Shown: positions 1-15,000 of the stretch, piece after piece
Position numbering within the stretch: the first letter of the stretch is position 1
Layout: the number at the start of each line of letters is the position of its first letter
From: Balanoglossus misakiensis
Taxonomy: Eukaryota > Animalia > Hemichordata
Assembly: GCA_040954595.2 (NCBI GenBank)
Contig: CM082592.2
Span: forward strand, 11,315,812 to 11,379,811
Direction: 5' to 3'
Length of the DNA stretch: 64,000 nucleotides
Translations under genes and position numbers: made by a program
Notes under the pieces: generated by a model
Database searches by the model: none
The model's input: the letters and a program-made list of their open reading frames with translations, nothing else
What the model was told of the DNA's origin: nothing

Positions 1-3000
1 CAAGATGTTTATATTTGAGATTTGATGCAAGGTGCTCATCACAGTATGATTATGATAAGGTTAGTGGGTTCTCAAATCAGAGAATTGTTAAAATTTTGTA
101 AATGTTATGTTCAGCAAACAGGGATACAGACAGTATGAAGGCTGATACAGACTGTTTTGAAGTGGAAAGGGCTGATCTAATGTCATTAATTGTGTTTTAT
201 TTCCACAGCTTGTAATATATGCAGGTCCAACAACCAGCTCTCGTAAAGTGGCTGAGTATGGTGGTAATACACATGGGTATGGTAGTAGGAGTGTCCTAGG
301 TTCCGGGTGGCCAAAAGATCTTGTCAAGGTTAGTCATGTTTATTGTTATCAAGTCTGGACTAGAATCCATTTGTTAACGATATCATTGTCATTTACACTC
401 ATACAGCTAATGTCTCTGTAAGGTTTCCATTGTTAATTTAGGACTTGTCTCACATCATAGTGTTCATGTCATCTTGTTTTCAGGTTGAAGGTAACACAGT
501 GACGTTTGCATTTGAGATGAGGAGTGGCCGAGAGCACAACACACCAGATAAGGCTATGTGGGGATTTGGTTGTACGGTCAGAGCACAGGTAGAAAAAGTA
601 CAAAGGATCATCATCTTATTATTTGAATATTTTCTTCTTTTTTTTTGTTTAATCATAGAGTAGTGTTGGGATGTTGATGATATACATTCAATGTTTCAAA
701 GTACAAGCAAATGTGGCTTCTTATGCAATGTTATAGACATATAAATTTAAGCAACATATTGTTCAACTAAGAGTGTTATTCCTTGGCAATTCCTTGAAAT
801 TGTCCACTGATATTTGTAGGAATCGACAGAAGAAGCATCGATTGGTCTACCGTTTCTAGCAGACCTAGCACTGGGACTCTCTGTACTAGGCTGTACCATG
901 TTACAGTTACTCTACCAAGGACCTGAACAGACATCTGATGAAGAAGCTTGCCAACATTTACTCAAATCTAAACTCTTACAAAGGTCAGTGCAAATGACTG
1001 AATTATTTTCTGTGGTGCTGTTTGTCGACGGTTTCACAGAAGAAACAACGAGGTTTCTTCTGAAAACCACAACAATATTTTGTCGTCTTTCTTATACTTC
1101 AAGGTGCATCTGGCAAGAATCAGGCAAAATTCCAACAGAACCTGTCAGTGGTACCATCAGAGAAAATCAAGAAGTTGTCGGAGTTGCCGGGACTGTCTTG
1201 CCACGCATCAAACTTACCAGTGACATCATTGGCAGACTGAGGGAATTATCAGGGAGAGTTGCCCCTCATTTCAGACCCAGTATCAGGTGAGACAGACCTC
1301 CTTTGTCTTCTCAAGACAATATCCATTCCATCAAAAGTGGATAAAATGTAAATGTGTTTTCAAAATTGATGTTGGTGCAGTTTTACAAGATGATTTCTTC
1401 TCAAACAGGGAGGTGCTACAACCAGATGTCATTGAGGAGTCCATCATATCAGCTGTCATCAAACATCTTGGTCTTCAAGACTGTCTACAGTATCTTGGAA
1501 GTGAAGAAGTTCCCAAGGAACAGAGTGAGAACTACAAGCTGTTGTGTAATGTCATCTCAGAGGTCTACAGAAGATTTGATGCGGTCATGAGACAGTTACA
1601 GGTGAGACTTGGGGAATGATACTTTGTTGCAAGCTGGCATCAGTCTGATAAATATGCATGAGCATTTTGTTGCATTGTTGCAAACAGACATGATGGCTGA
1701 TTGTTTCATGATTTGATTTCAGGCTCTGGCTGAATTGGAACAGAAATGGCACAATGAAGTGGATGATCTGAGAAAGGGAAGCCTTCCTCTTGGAATTACA
1801 TTCTTTGCTGATTATCATTTACAAGAGGTGAGTAAGACGTCGTACTTGAGAAATTTTATTTTTAGCAGACCATATTCAGCTCTTGGGCCTTCATGATAAG
1901 CTGTTGGGTCAGTGTTCATCTGACATAGTTGTTAATATTGTGCTATACTTATGATGCTTATTTTACAGACAAAAGGAAGAGAGCTTGCATTCCTGTGTTA
2001 TCTGAAGGATGTGACATTAGATCCTTCAAATCTTGAAGAAGCTGTCAACACCCTGAGGTAAACTTGATTTTGTCATCTCTTTTTTAGTCCCTTCTCATTC
2101 AGAATGATCCAAGTTTATTAAAACATTCAAACTTCTTTTATTCTTTACTGTTAGGGAGAAACTGGAAGCTGAAGCAAGCAGAAAAGAAGACGAAACCCAA
2201 ACGCAGACGCTTTCTAAAACCAAGTCACTGATGTCTGGGATTTCAGAGAGAGCTGAACTATTGCTACATGTCACCATCAGCAATGAAAGCACAGCTATTG
2301 GTCTGCTGGCTAGGAGTGTCTCACAGTATCCTGATGGCCAAATAGCAGGTATGAAGGACCACTACTGGTCATAAAAATCGCACTATAGTTCACTAAGAAT
2401 AATCTGTACAGTATTTCAATTACTGCTATAACTCAGAGCACGTGGCTTTGCTCCAAAGTGAACCTTGGGTGATGATGTTTTTCTTTTGTTTCCAGCTGTT
2501 TCTTCAGATACCTCAGTTCCAGCATATGGAGGCCCAGTAACCCTGGCAAGAAGCCAGTCGGCCCCGTCTGAACTGGAAGTCAACACTGATGTTTGGGAGG
2601 GCGGACACGATATCAGAAGACCTCACAGGTACATATATGCTGGTTTCTTATAACCCCCAATTCCTTGATTCTTTTCAGTGGTCCTGACCCTCCCAGTGGA
2701 AGTAAAGTGACTCACCATGTTAGGCTTGCATGGTTGTCTATTGGTCAAGACATCTGACTGCAGCCATTGTTTACATTAGATGTGAAGGCTTATATACTGT
2801 ACATGTACAAATTTCTGACATTCTTTTCCAGATGGAGAGGAGCACGCAAAGGTCCAGTGGTTCTTCTTCAAGAACTGATTTCAGAAGAGAGTCTTGGTGA
2901 CAAGGACAAACCTCTACATTCACAAGTTTTGGATCAACTGTTCGCATTTGTTGGAAGTAATCTGGAGAAAACTGTAAGTGTGATTTCACAAATTTAATTC

Positions 3001-6000
3001 TTATGGTCTTAATTGGACCTTTGCAGCATCTACAGTTTATGTTAAGAAAATGTAGATTCACTGATTTGCAATGTAACAATGGAATGTTAGCTTTTGCATG
3101 TTTCCAGTAAATCTACATAATTATGAATTTTCTTTTTTGCTAGGTGTCTTGCAAGAGTTTTCTCTCAGCTGCACATGTGAGATCGCACCGAGGCAACACC
3201 AGAAAACAGGCACTGATCCACATGAAGGAATTATTGACAGCAGCGTCTAGGGTCGGCGGGGGAACCCATCTTGTGGCTGCAGTCACATCGGTGTTACAGA
3301 GTGGACCAAGGTCAGAGTTCATGGATTTTGCTGTCATTTGTGATAATGATGTGTTGCCAATATGTGCACATAATTCTTTGCTATTGCACCAGTACAAAAT
3401 GATAGATACATGATTTCTTGTGGTATTATTTCTAAACCCAGAATTGAAGAATTGACATGTGGAGGGATGGTAGATCATGTGAGAGAAGCCTTTGCTGAGA
3501 CAATGACCACAGTTGTACAACTGGCAGCCAGATATCCCATCGCTTGTTGCAACAGCATTGGTCTCTTGTGTATCATACCATACACAAGGTAAGTGATCTT
3601 AACTTAAGTTGTTGGCTGTGATTTAACATTCCTGAATCATTTATGAATTTGTCCTGAACATTTTTCCTGTCTTGTATATTACAGGAGTGAAGAACCATGC
3701 CTCGTTAGGAGTGGATTGGTGCAACTGTTAGATAAACTCTGCAGTCTGGGAAGTGATAGAGGAGATGGCAATGCAGAGACTCAAAGCATCAGACAAAGAG
3801 TATCGGCTCTGGCATGGGCAGGCTTTCAGGTCAGTGGGTTTTGTCTTGGAAAAAGTTGCAGATTTAAATTGATGACCAGAGAGTCAGTAATCAACCCTCT
3901 TGAAAGTGTATACCAACCATCCTATGTAACTATACCAACCATCCTGATTGACAGGTTCTTGCCAACCGCTGTGTTTCCTGGGAGGCAGAGGAAGGAGGGC
4001 AGGATATACTAGAGCATGCTGGTCTAGCCAGACAGGTGTCAGCGCTGTTGACCAATCATCTTGCAAGAGCCACTGAGTGCAATGGAAATGAAGCAGCAGG
4101 CAGTGAAGCCTTGCAAGAAGTACTGAGTCTTCTTAATAATCTGTCAAGGTCAGTACAAGGTCACCTCAGAGCATTTGTAACATTGGAACTCATGTCAGTC
4201 ATTCATACAAGTGTATCACTGGTAGTTTATTGTTCTACTGCCAAAAGTATGGTATTGTAAACCACTGTATACTTTGCATTTCTTTCTAATAGAAGTCGCA
4301 TGGGGAAAGCCATTCTGAGCCAGCCAGCCTGTGTCTCCAAGTTACTGTCTTTACTGCTGGATCAGAGACCTTCTCCAAAACTGGTGCTAATCATTCTACA
4401 ACTGTGTCATGTTGCTCTGCCGTTGATGAGTGCTGAAGATTGTGAGAATGTCAAACTGCCCTCGTGGGGTCAAGAAGTGTCTATGTTGGCAGGTGAAGAT
4501 GCCAATCTTTCTGATCCACCAGCCAAGATCTGTAGTCTCCTTCTGGCCAAGTTGGGAGACTATGTTGTACCAGGTGGTCAGACAACAGCCACTCCCACCA
4601 CTGAATTCCCAGAGCAGACATTGCTACAGAATCAAACAGCACCCTCTGCAGTTGAAAGAGATAGAGGTGATGAGTCTGAGGCCCAGGATGGAAGGATGTC
4701 TGTGTTTATACACAAGAGAGAGGATCAGTCTTCGCATGAGGTCATCCAGCCTTTGCTAAGGTAATTTTCCTTTCAAAAATTCATTTCAAAGTCCATGAAA
4801 AGCGCTACAGTTTTTTAAAACAGAAGTTGTTTAGCAGATGCTCAGTATATCTAATGGCAAGTGCAACTTTTTTCTCTGATTGACAGCTCTGATGGGAGGC
4901 CATTCAGACTTGGAAGTGGTGCTAATATGGAGAAAGTTGTGAGAATGGACAGAGAGATGACAAAGGTATGTGTTTTGTATGTGTGCGTCATGGATGCAGG
5001 AATGTATGGTGTATGTTCTGCATAGTGCTCAGTGGGTACGAGAAATGATAACTGTAACTGAGATCTCTCACACTTGAAGTGGATAGTACTGGTAATCGTA
5101 GTCTTTCTCCACAGCACAACAAAGCTGAAGTGATTATGGACGATGCGGTGACAGCTCTTCGGAGGGCAGCCAAGTGGGCGCAGAGTGGTCTGGTGGTCAG
5201 TACTGGACCACCAGCAGAGAGTAGTACACAGGACAATGGTAGTCGGGATAAGAAGAAAATCACCAGTGAAGCTGTGTGCAGAGAGAAAAACGCTGACTTG
5301 GCAAGGTCAGTGAAATAAGCTGTTCATCAAAGATCTCAAGTAGAATGTGAAAATGTACAGAATGATGGCTGGTCAAGGTTTGTGTAAAACCTCTCTTGTT
5401 CACCTTCTTTGTGATTGCTTTGTTTTGTAGGACTGACCCAGTGCGGCCGTTCATCAGTGGTCATGTGGCCAACAGCATGGCATCAGAAGTGATTGGATTG
5501 TTACATGGATTGTTGATGGCACCAGAGACAACCACAGCACAGATATGGGCTTCTGCTGTAGAGAGGGTTCTAACACATGCTCTGACTTGTGTGTCTCAAC
5601 TCACCAATACTCTACTACACCATGCTGATCTACTGTCTTCCTGCCCCAATGGTGAGGTCATCGATGGGTTGACATCAGTTTGCAGACAAGCCGTGGCTGT
5701 GCTGTGTGCTCTGGGAGGTTTCCGGGAAAGCATAAAAGTAGGATCCACTGTTGAGGTATGTGGGTGTGTCTGTCTGTCTGTCTGTATATCTCTGTGTGTC
5801 TGTCTGTGTTTCTGCCTGTATGTGAGGCGCTTTGCATTCCTAGTGGTGTTCTTCAAGTCATAGCATACATTTAATATTCACATTCCCAGATTATTGGAGA
5901 AGGAATGTTGCCAACAAGTGGCCAGGTAATCAGTATATCAGAGCAACAGGGTCTGGCTGCAGTCAAACTGGACATCTCCCCAGAGGATACAACACCAAGA

Positions 6001-9000
6001 GCCAGCGATACAATGGAAGTCCCCATACAAAGGCTAAGACCACCTAAGAGTGAGGTAAGTAATAAGTCAAAGTTCCTAAGAGTGAGGTCAATACCAATAC
6101 TGAGATACCGAGACTCAAACTCTAACATTCAGATAAGTAACAATAGCAAGAATCACGTTAGATGATGTGTATTGATAGACTGAATATGACTCTGTTTCAT
6201 TTCACACACAGCCACTGTCATTGGAGCAGCTGTCTATGACAGAGAAGGTTGTCATGGCACTACACTCATTGCTACTCCCTGTTGATGAGAGTGGGTTATC
6301 CCCTCTACAGACGCCATTACCAGCTACGGGAGATGGGTCCTCTGTTGCCATGGCAACGTGCAGGATATTGGCTGAAATCCGAACAAGGTGAGGGCAATAG
6401 TATTAACAGCGATGTCTGAAGCAAACGTTCTCTCTCAAAAAGGAAAAAACCCTTGTGCACATACACGAAACTTATAAACTCTTCTCTCCCCTCACAGGGC
6501 ATGCATGGTACTCTCAGCTCACATGAAGGAATGTACATTTGCAGCGGAGTTTGTTAGACTCAGCACCAAGCCAATGGAAGTCTTGAAATCATTAGCTCAG
6601 CAGTCCAACTCAGGTAAATAGCCTATCATGGGTGCTTAGAAAACAAGTGTGGGACTTTTCCCATTGTGTTGTAATTTTCATACAGCAACCTCAATATAAT
6701 ATTATATGTATTGGTATCTTTTGTAGGTGAGAGATTGCCTGTCATTGAAGCACAGTGTGAAAGACTACGCATGCTGTATAGAGACTGTGCCAGACCACCG
6801 CCACCACCAAGTAAAACTGCTGGCAGAAATGTGAGTCAAGTACTACCTAAAATACCCTCTTGTAGCTTCTCTAAAATGTATACAGGAAGTTCATGCAAGA
6901 ATTATTTTGTACAGGAATTATGCCACTTTGTGGTAATATAGTCATGTTCGATTCCACATGATGTAATGCATTTTGTCACACTTGGTCTTCACTTCCAGCT
7001 TATAATAAACCTTGTATCATTTCAGAGCAAAGAAATCACCTGGGACCCATCACGTACATTTCCTCCTGTCCGAGCTTGTCTCTTTTCCTACGGATTGACC
7101 GGAGTGACATTCCTGGGTGATCCCAGTGCCAGTAGTGGACTTCCCAGAGGAACGCTCTGCTATGCCACTCAGGCTATTCCATCACAGGTAATGGGGTGCT
7201 TCATAGAAGGCAGTTATGGCTTCATGTTCAGGTTTTCTGGCTATAGTTGTCTATGAATTAACTTACAGGCCAAGTTTACCACTTAACCAAAGTTGTTGAT
7301 ACCACTACTAGTACATAACAAATCCCTGCTTTCTTCCAACCAGGCTCCATCGTTTTACTGGGAAGTAGAGATCTGTTCCTATGGAGAATCCGGTGATGAG
7401 TCTGGCCCCATCATGTCCTTTGGATTTGCTCCGGCAGCTGAGAGGAAAGATGGTGCCTGGACAAACCCTGTGGGAACTGTTCTCTTTCACAAGTAAGTTG
7501 GGAAAAGTTGAGGGGGTAACTCTCCTAGATCCATTGCAGTACCATACCTTCTACATGAAAGCAGTGTTTTATCTCTTCTGAATTCTACATCTGAGTGGAA
7601 CCTTCTATGCATCCCACATAGCCCATCCTTGCAGATATATTGAGCTTTATTTTCATGCAATTTCATTTCTCTAACTAGTAATGGTCGTGCAGTGCATTAT
7701 AACGGATCTAGTCTACTGCAGTGGAAGAGTGTACGGCTAGACATCGCACTCAACGCTGGTGACATTGCCGGTTGTGGATGGGAGAGGGATGGAGACACTC
7801 CACCGTTGCCTGGACAACAGGTCAAAGGTCATGTCTATTTTACTTACAATGGGAAGAGATTGACCCACACATTGGATGATGTGTCAGGAGGGTTGTGGCC
7901 AGTGGTGCATATCCAGAAAAAGGTAATTTGATTCTTACCATTGGCATCAGCATTTTGGTTGCATAGCCACATGTTATGGTATTTGCAGATGTGAATTTTC
8001 TTCAGCACCACTGAAATCATAAGCTAAATGTATGATATTTCAATAAAGTTGTGTCTTCTTCTTCACTTTCAGAACACTCGAATTCGTGCCAATTTCGGCT
8101 CTCGCTCATTTGCATATGCCGAGGGACGCCAGCACCGCAATGCAGCTGATGAATGCTCAGACCTGACCGAGGAAATCAGTGCAAACTTTGGGCATCTACC
8201 ATTTCATCTTGGGGAGGACAGCGATAACGAAGGGGCAGGAAATGATGTGGTATCAGAAGTCTCTGCTACAGAAGACAATACTCCACCCGGACCTCCCTGC
8301 AGGATAGCAGAATCTTCCAAAGAATTGAAGGGTGATTATTGTTTTGTTTCTTATTTGATCTGGTGGCCTCTATAGACAGGCTAATTAATGCAAATGAAAA
8401 TTGTGCAGGGACTATAACAAATTTTTACTATATTGAGGTGGTTACTAACACAGGTTTGACTGTTTACCATCAGAATACAACACAGACAGCTCTGTTCAAT
8501 ACAAGCTCCGTCACAGCTATGACAACTTCACCACCACCGGGCCTGACATCCGCACCATGGCAACCACCTCCACCCCAGTTCAAGATGAAGACAGCGACGA
8601 CGGCGATGCAGAGGATGAGCCCCAGGAAGACCACCACGCGCTCCTTGTCAAGGCCTGGGAGTGTAAAGTGTTTCCGGTCATCCGGAGAAGGTTCCGGAAT
8701 GAGGCGGAGAGGAGATCCGGACTGGAACAAATCAAGGGAGCCCTGCAGCTCGGTAAGGATTTGTTTGATAACTGTGTTTGAATGAGAACTCAGGATCTGG
8801 AACTTGATCATTATGTTGAATATGAAGATTACAGTAGTGAGCTCCCTGACATATCTCGTCTCATGAATATTTTCCCTCAACAGGTATGACAGACATAGCA
8901 AGGCAGACTGTGGAATTTCTGTACGAAGAGAATGGTGGCATGCCTCGTGATCTCCATCTTCCGACCATTGAAGACATCAAAGCAGAGGCTGCCAAGTTCA

Positions 9001-12000
9001 CCATTGAGAGAGTGCGGAAAGGGACGTCTGTTGTCATCCGGCAGTACAGCAGTGAGACTGCTTCAGGGGGAACTGTTGTACCCAAGTTTGCTGTCAGGGG
9101 AATGTTGAAGACGTTTGGTTTGACTGGAGTTGTCTTGGATGTTGATAGTGTGAGTAGAAAATGGTAGATTCATTCTGTCAATCTTGAAAGAGGTGTAGTC
9201 AACAATGAAGTGAGCTTTCATGTTGTGTTTGGTTAGTTTCATGGCTTTCAACAGACATGCCTGTGTTCATAGTTTGCAAGTGTATGTTCACAATGTAGAC
9301 TGAGAAACCCAATTCATATATTGCATCTTTTATTACAGTGTGTATTGCTCCCCCTACAGCACAATGAACTGGTCCAAGTGGAGACCTATCTACGCAGTGA
9401 AGGTGTTCTGGTTAGGTATTGGTATCCCATAGATATGTTGGAAAGACCACCGCCAGGATATCGGAAGAACTCTACTACTGGTCTCTCAAATATTGATACA
9501 TCTACGCTGTATATACACAGGTAAGCTTACATGCCATGTGTTGCAACATGGATATTTAGGAACAACATTGTCACTGTTTATATTGTCTTCCATGTACATA
9601 CTGCGCTGGTCCAATTTGACCATTAAAATCAATGAGAATGGACCGAACCATGGTTGTGAAAGGGTGAATCTGCTACCAGATACAGTCTGCCTGGTAAACC
9701 TATGTCGAGTCTATTTACTTAAAGTCCTTTGCTCAGAAACTCACAAAATATCTTATTTTTATCAGGGAATTACTTCGCTATGAAGCTGCAGTTGCAAGGA
9801 TGCATTGCAGAGGCGCTCTACTTGAGTTGATCAACCAGTGTCGCAGCCCTGTGAGACAACCATCATCTCTGGAGAACATCGAACCAGCGCTGATCGCTGC
9901 AGCTGCTACAGCCGTCCCTGAACTTGACCTGACCCATCTCCAGTTGCTCTCCAATGACCTTCTGGCCTCGCCGCAAACCGATGGAGGAATCACGGCCTCC
10001 TCACTAACGTCCACTCCATCGCCATGGCAATGTCTCGCCTCCAACACAGGCTCCATTATCGACGTCTTCTACCACGACACCTACAAGCTGAGGGAGGAGC
10101 TCTCCATTGCCATAGCAACTGCTGCTAGGCATGGAGAAGATCAGCTGATGGAGCTGACCAATCAGCTTTGCACATGTCTACAGAATGCTCCCAGTAATTT
10201 CCTCTGTGAAGTGCTCCCAGTGACAGACAGCAAAATCAACACAGATATACACTTCCCTGGTGCCTCCTTGATTGTGGTCAGCTGTAAAGCTGATCCCAAG
10301 TCAGCCAAGAAAGAGTAAGTAACAGATTTTGATAATTCCATGTTTGAGGGACAAGGGATGGTTTTGGTTGATATCAAGTTAAACTCAAATTCATGAAAAT
10401 AGGACATCTACATGGGTTCATAAAATAAAATATTTCTTTCCTCTCTTCAAACAGTTCATCCCTTTACAAATCACCATGGGCAAGACTTTATTGTTACGGC
10501 ATTGGTCATCACATGAAGAAAAGTGGCCAATCATCACGACAGGAAGTCATCAGTTACCCAGTAGAGGCGTCTCTCAGCAGTACAGGTGGACTGACAGCGC
10601 CCCCAAGCAGTCAGATCGACCAATATCCGACAATTCTTCTGCCATGTGACAGGATACAGGTACACATGGGAGTCTCTCCTCCGCCAGGAGTAACCATCGG
10701 CTTGCACGGATTGCCACCGGAATTTCCTCTGGCTATGGCTTATGTGGAAACTTTGGCCAGCGGAAAGACTTTCAAGGAAAGGGCGTCGTTCGACGACAAG
10801 GATAACCAGCCTGTAGCGATCACGGCAAGTGTATTGTTACATGCCACGGAGTTGCTGACATACTACCTTTGGCACACGGATGTTCCGGCATTGATCAAGG
10901 AATACGTTTTCCTGCTGTTAGCCCAGCTGCTACGCAGACTGCACAAGACGCAGCAAATGGAGTCAGCCCTTCCACATCCAAGTCCGTCACTGTCCTTGCT
11001 GATGCAGTTGCAGCAGCTTCAGACCGAGCTACGCAAGTTATACGACAGCGAGACGCAATCCAGTGGATCAGGCTCATCTGGTCCAGTCAGACACACTACA
11101 TATTTCCACGCCCTGATGGAGGTGTGCTTAGCTTTATCTGAAATCAGCATGCCAATGAGTTCCACATCATCGCTGACTGTCACATCAACCACAGGAGCAG
11201 CCAGTGGCATCTCTTCCAGTGTTCCTCCACTACCGGTCACTCCCACCAGTCCGGTCACAGCCGCCAAACGCAAGAAGATTAAAACCAAACGGCTGAGCAG
11301 CGCAAAGCGAAGTCTCAAACCCAGCGACGGCGACAGCAGCAGTGGGGATGTGGGCCTCAGCGGTTCCAAACCCGAAGACATGTTGTGGTTTCACAGAGCG
11401 CTGACGATGTCTTTGATTTTGAGACATCTGGCGTATCGTGAATCTCAAGGACACGGTGTAACCAAGGATGCCATCAGCGATGCCTGTCAGTCTTTGACGG
11501 TGCCAACTGCTCATTCTAGATTACTCATCATCTCAGGCATTCCCACGCATCTGGAGGAAGAAGTGGTCAGAAAGGCCATCATGAAGGCTTCTAATGGACA
11601 AGGGGGTTTATACAAGGAAGAAATTTACATACCGACCCAGGAAATTGAAATGGACGCCGGGGGAGGGGAAGTGAAGGAACAGGCTGCCCAGGGAAGTGAA
11701 GGCGAGGTCTTTGAGGACGCAGTGGAGAAGCCAGTGAAAGTACCGACTGCAGTTGCAGAGGAGGTCTCACTTCCAGAGGCCGAGGGTGCAGCTGAAGGGG
11801 AACAACCAGCGACAGTCGACGAACCTGCAGAGATACGTGTAGAAGATATCGAAATTATGGACATCACTGACGACATCACCGAAGGAGAAGCCAATGTTGA
11901 TGTAGAAACACCAGCCGCACCACCACCACCACCACCACCTGCGGAACCAACACCGCCGCCAGAAGATGGAGGGTCACAGGTACCAGAGGGAGAAGCAAAG

Positions 12001-15000
12001 CCGGACAGTTGGACAAAGAAAGAAGATCTGAAAACAATCCATTGTGTTCGAGGAGTGGCGGTTATTGAAGTCAGGTCAAGAGCCAAAGTTGATGACCTCA
12101 GATCAGCACTGCTGAAGAGCAAGCCACTGATGGGACTGCCACTTGCGTACGAGGATGATGAACACGTGAACGTCACCTCAGATGCAATCCTCTCTGTCTC
12201 TCCAGTCAACCAAAGCCTCTTGGCAGAGTCAGATTCCAGCGATACCCTGGACAGATACTTTGAACACAAACTCATCACAAAGAAACTCAGTGCAGGGTTG
12301 AACACAAAAGCCACGGAGTCACTCACTGAAGTCTACACAAGCTGCGCTCTGGCCGAGCAGAAACTGAGGTTGGACACGGCCACCAAAGAGATCGTATCGA
12401 GCGAGTTGTTCTTGAATAAGGACCAGATGTTATCACAGACGCCAGGAAACTTGCTGTATCAGTTCTTCTCCAATGTAAGACCTCCAAAGAAATCGATACC
12501 AGAGCATGTCAATCATGTGTTGAGACAGTACGGTGTGGGTAAACCAAGCAAAGTGAAAGCACAAGGTGAGAAAATAAGCATTCTTTAGATTATCTGTAAT
12601 ATTAGGAAGATGTCAGGAAATTTATACTGATCCAGAAAATACTGCTTCTTAAGAATTCATGAGTGTATCTTTTCAACAGGAAAGAATGGCAAGGATAGTG
12701 AGAAAGGTGCCAAACCAGTCAAGAAAAACAGCAGAGGCAGCAAAGAGAGACTGGCACTGGGAGAAGTCACTGTCAAAGTCAAGTAAGTTTCCCCAAAAGA
12801 TGATTTATATCTCTCCATTTGTGTGTGTTGATAGCAAGTCACTTTTTACACAAGTTTACTCTCCAGCACAACCTAAACATGTTAACAATCTTTAATATTC
12901 CTACAACAAACAGAACAAGCAGTACTGAGAAAAAGGTGAGAAGACAAGAGAAGTCAGTGAAGGAAACCAGCGAGAAACCAAAGACAGAAGATGTCAAAGT
13001 GAAGGACTCCAGTGAAGACAAAGTGCTGACACTAGAGGGCTTTCTTCAATATGTGGCTGATAAAGCAAAAATTGATGTGAGAGCGGTATGGAGAGCTATC
13101 ATGGCTTGTGGTTACGATTTACACTTTGACAGGTATGTTGCTCTGGATTTCTTCAAACAATAACTCTGTGCGTTTGATATGAGAAATTCTGAAACACACT
13201 GAAGCATGATTGATTTTCAAATACTTCCTCTAGTCAGTGATATAAGATGAAAATACATATCTAAGCAATTTTTCTTTCTCTCAAAACTGACTAGATGTGC
13301 ATGTTCTGAAGTGAGTGAAGCATTACAACTCAGCAAGAAGTGGACACTGGAAATGGACTGTGCTCTGGTGTCCTTCATCAATTCATTATGCAGGAGACTG
13401 GCTGTCACACCAGCTAGACTTCACCCCCATGAAATTTACCTCACAGAAGCCCAGTGTGCTAACCCTGAGTATCACTGTTTACAAGGTGGGTGATCGTTGT
13501 GCAGAATGGCTAGAATGAGCGAGTGATTCATGAAATCTGAGTCGCATTGGCAACTGTGAAGATCAAAAACAATAATAAAATGTATATCCCAAAAGAATCA
13601 GTCTTCTCTAGACTTAGTATTTACAATAACTGTTCATCCATTGTTTATTCCCCACAGATGTGCCACCAGAGAGTATACGACTGCGTTTTGCCTTACTGCA
13701 GTCTTTGAACACAACACTACAGAGTTTCTTCCTGCCCATGGTTGACCTTCGACCTTACAGAATGTTTAGCGAGAGTACTGCAGCCCTACTTGCCAATGCC
13801 AGGGGTCTTACGTTTTACGACACCAAGACTGCACTATTGAACCAAATCCTGAACATCACGGCACAGAGAAATCTGGACCAAGCCGCCCCAGAGATTAATT
13901 TGGATCCACTTGAAATAGTTGGAGGTAGGTGTTAAATCAGTGACACATTGCAAGTACATATATCCAAATTATATGTCAATATATGTAAATGCTATAATAT
14001 TCTTCCTTTGATCCGTTTCAGGTGAACCCAAGGATGTGATGTCCACGCAGTTTTGTCAGTCATTCCGACAGCTAAGCAGTATACCCTCAGCTCAGTTGTG
14101 TGTGCGTATAGCAAGTGGTGGTGATCCTACATATTCATTCAATGTCAGGCTTGCAGGTGAAGAGGTCCATGGTACAAGTAAGTCTATATGAAAGATTCTT
14201 CTGTCAATTGAGTGTGACATCTATTCACAAGGTTATGTTGCTCATTGCAAAACCACAGCTGGCAGACAAATTGTACCTTTCAACGTTCTGGGAAACATCA
14301 GAAATCATAGAAGCATTTTTTTCAACTCTCTTTTTTCAGGTGGTTCGTTCAGGCATTTTCTTTGGCAAGTGACCCATGAACTTCAGAGCCCCATCCTCAA
14401 ACTGTTGATTCCATGTCCAAGTTCATCAGCTGGCAGACATAAAGGCAAATACATCCTCAGACCTGGTTCTATGACGTACGCTGAGGAGAAATTGCTACAG
14501 TTCTTTGGACAGGTGAGTGTTGCAGTGTTTAGAGTTGCCATAGATCATCAATAATTACAATGTAGCAATACTCAGTGTACTGGTACTGATCAATTAGTTA
14601 CCATCAATTTCATGGTTATTTGTTGCAGTTACTTGGAGTGTCAATCAGAGCTGATATTCCCATCGCCATGGATCTTCTCTCCACGTTCTGGAAATGCCTG
14701 GTTGATGTGCCACTCAGTGTGGACGATGATCTCAAGGAAGCCGACATCTTGACGTACAAATTCATCAAGAAATTAGAACATGTGAGTGAATAAATCATGT
14801 CTTTCTGGAAACTTGGGGGAGGGGAGATGTGTATCATTCAGCTGGTTTATATGTCACAAAAACCTGTTGAAACGACAGTAGGTAATGTGTTACAATTGGA
14901 CATTACATGTATGTCAAGATATGTTCTCACTACATGGTGTATGTCTTTGCTTTCTTCTATTCCTACAGCTTGAAGATGAGAGTGAATTTAATGCAGCCTA

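Noticed and set aside
2649-2715. Possible further MITE remnant in a HECTD4 intron
   Set aside because: Only patchy similarity (TAACCCC, CCAGTGG) and no second terminus.
11625-12326. 233-aa antisense ORF within the large HECTD4 exon
   Set aside because: It is a shadow of the low-complexity sense coding frame and has no recognisable motif.
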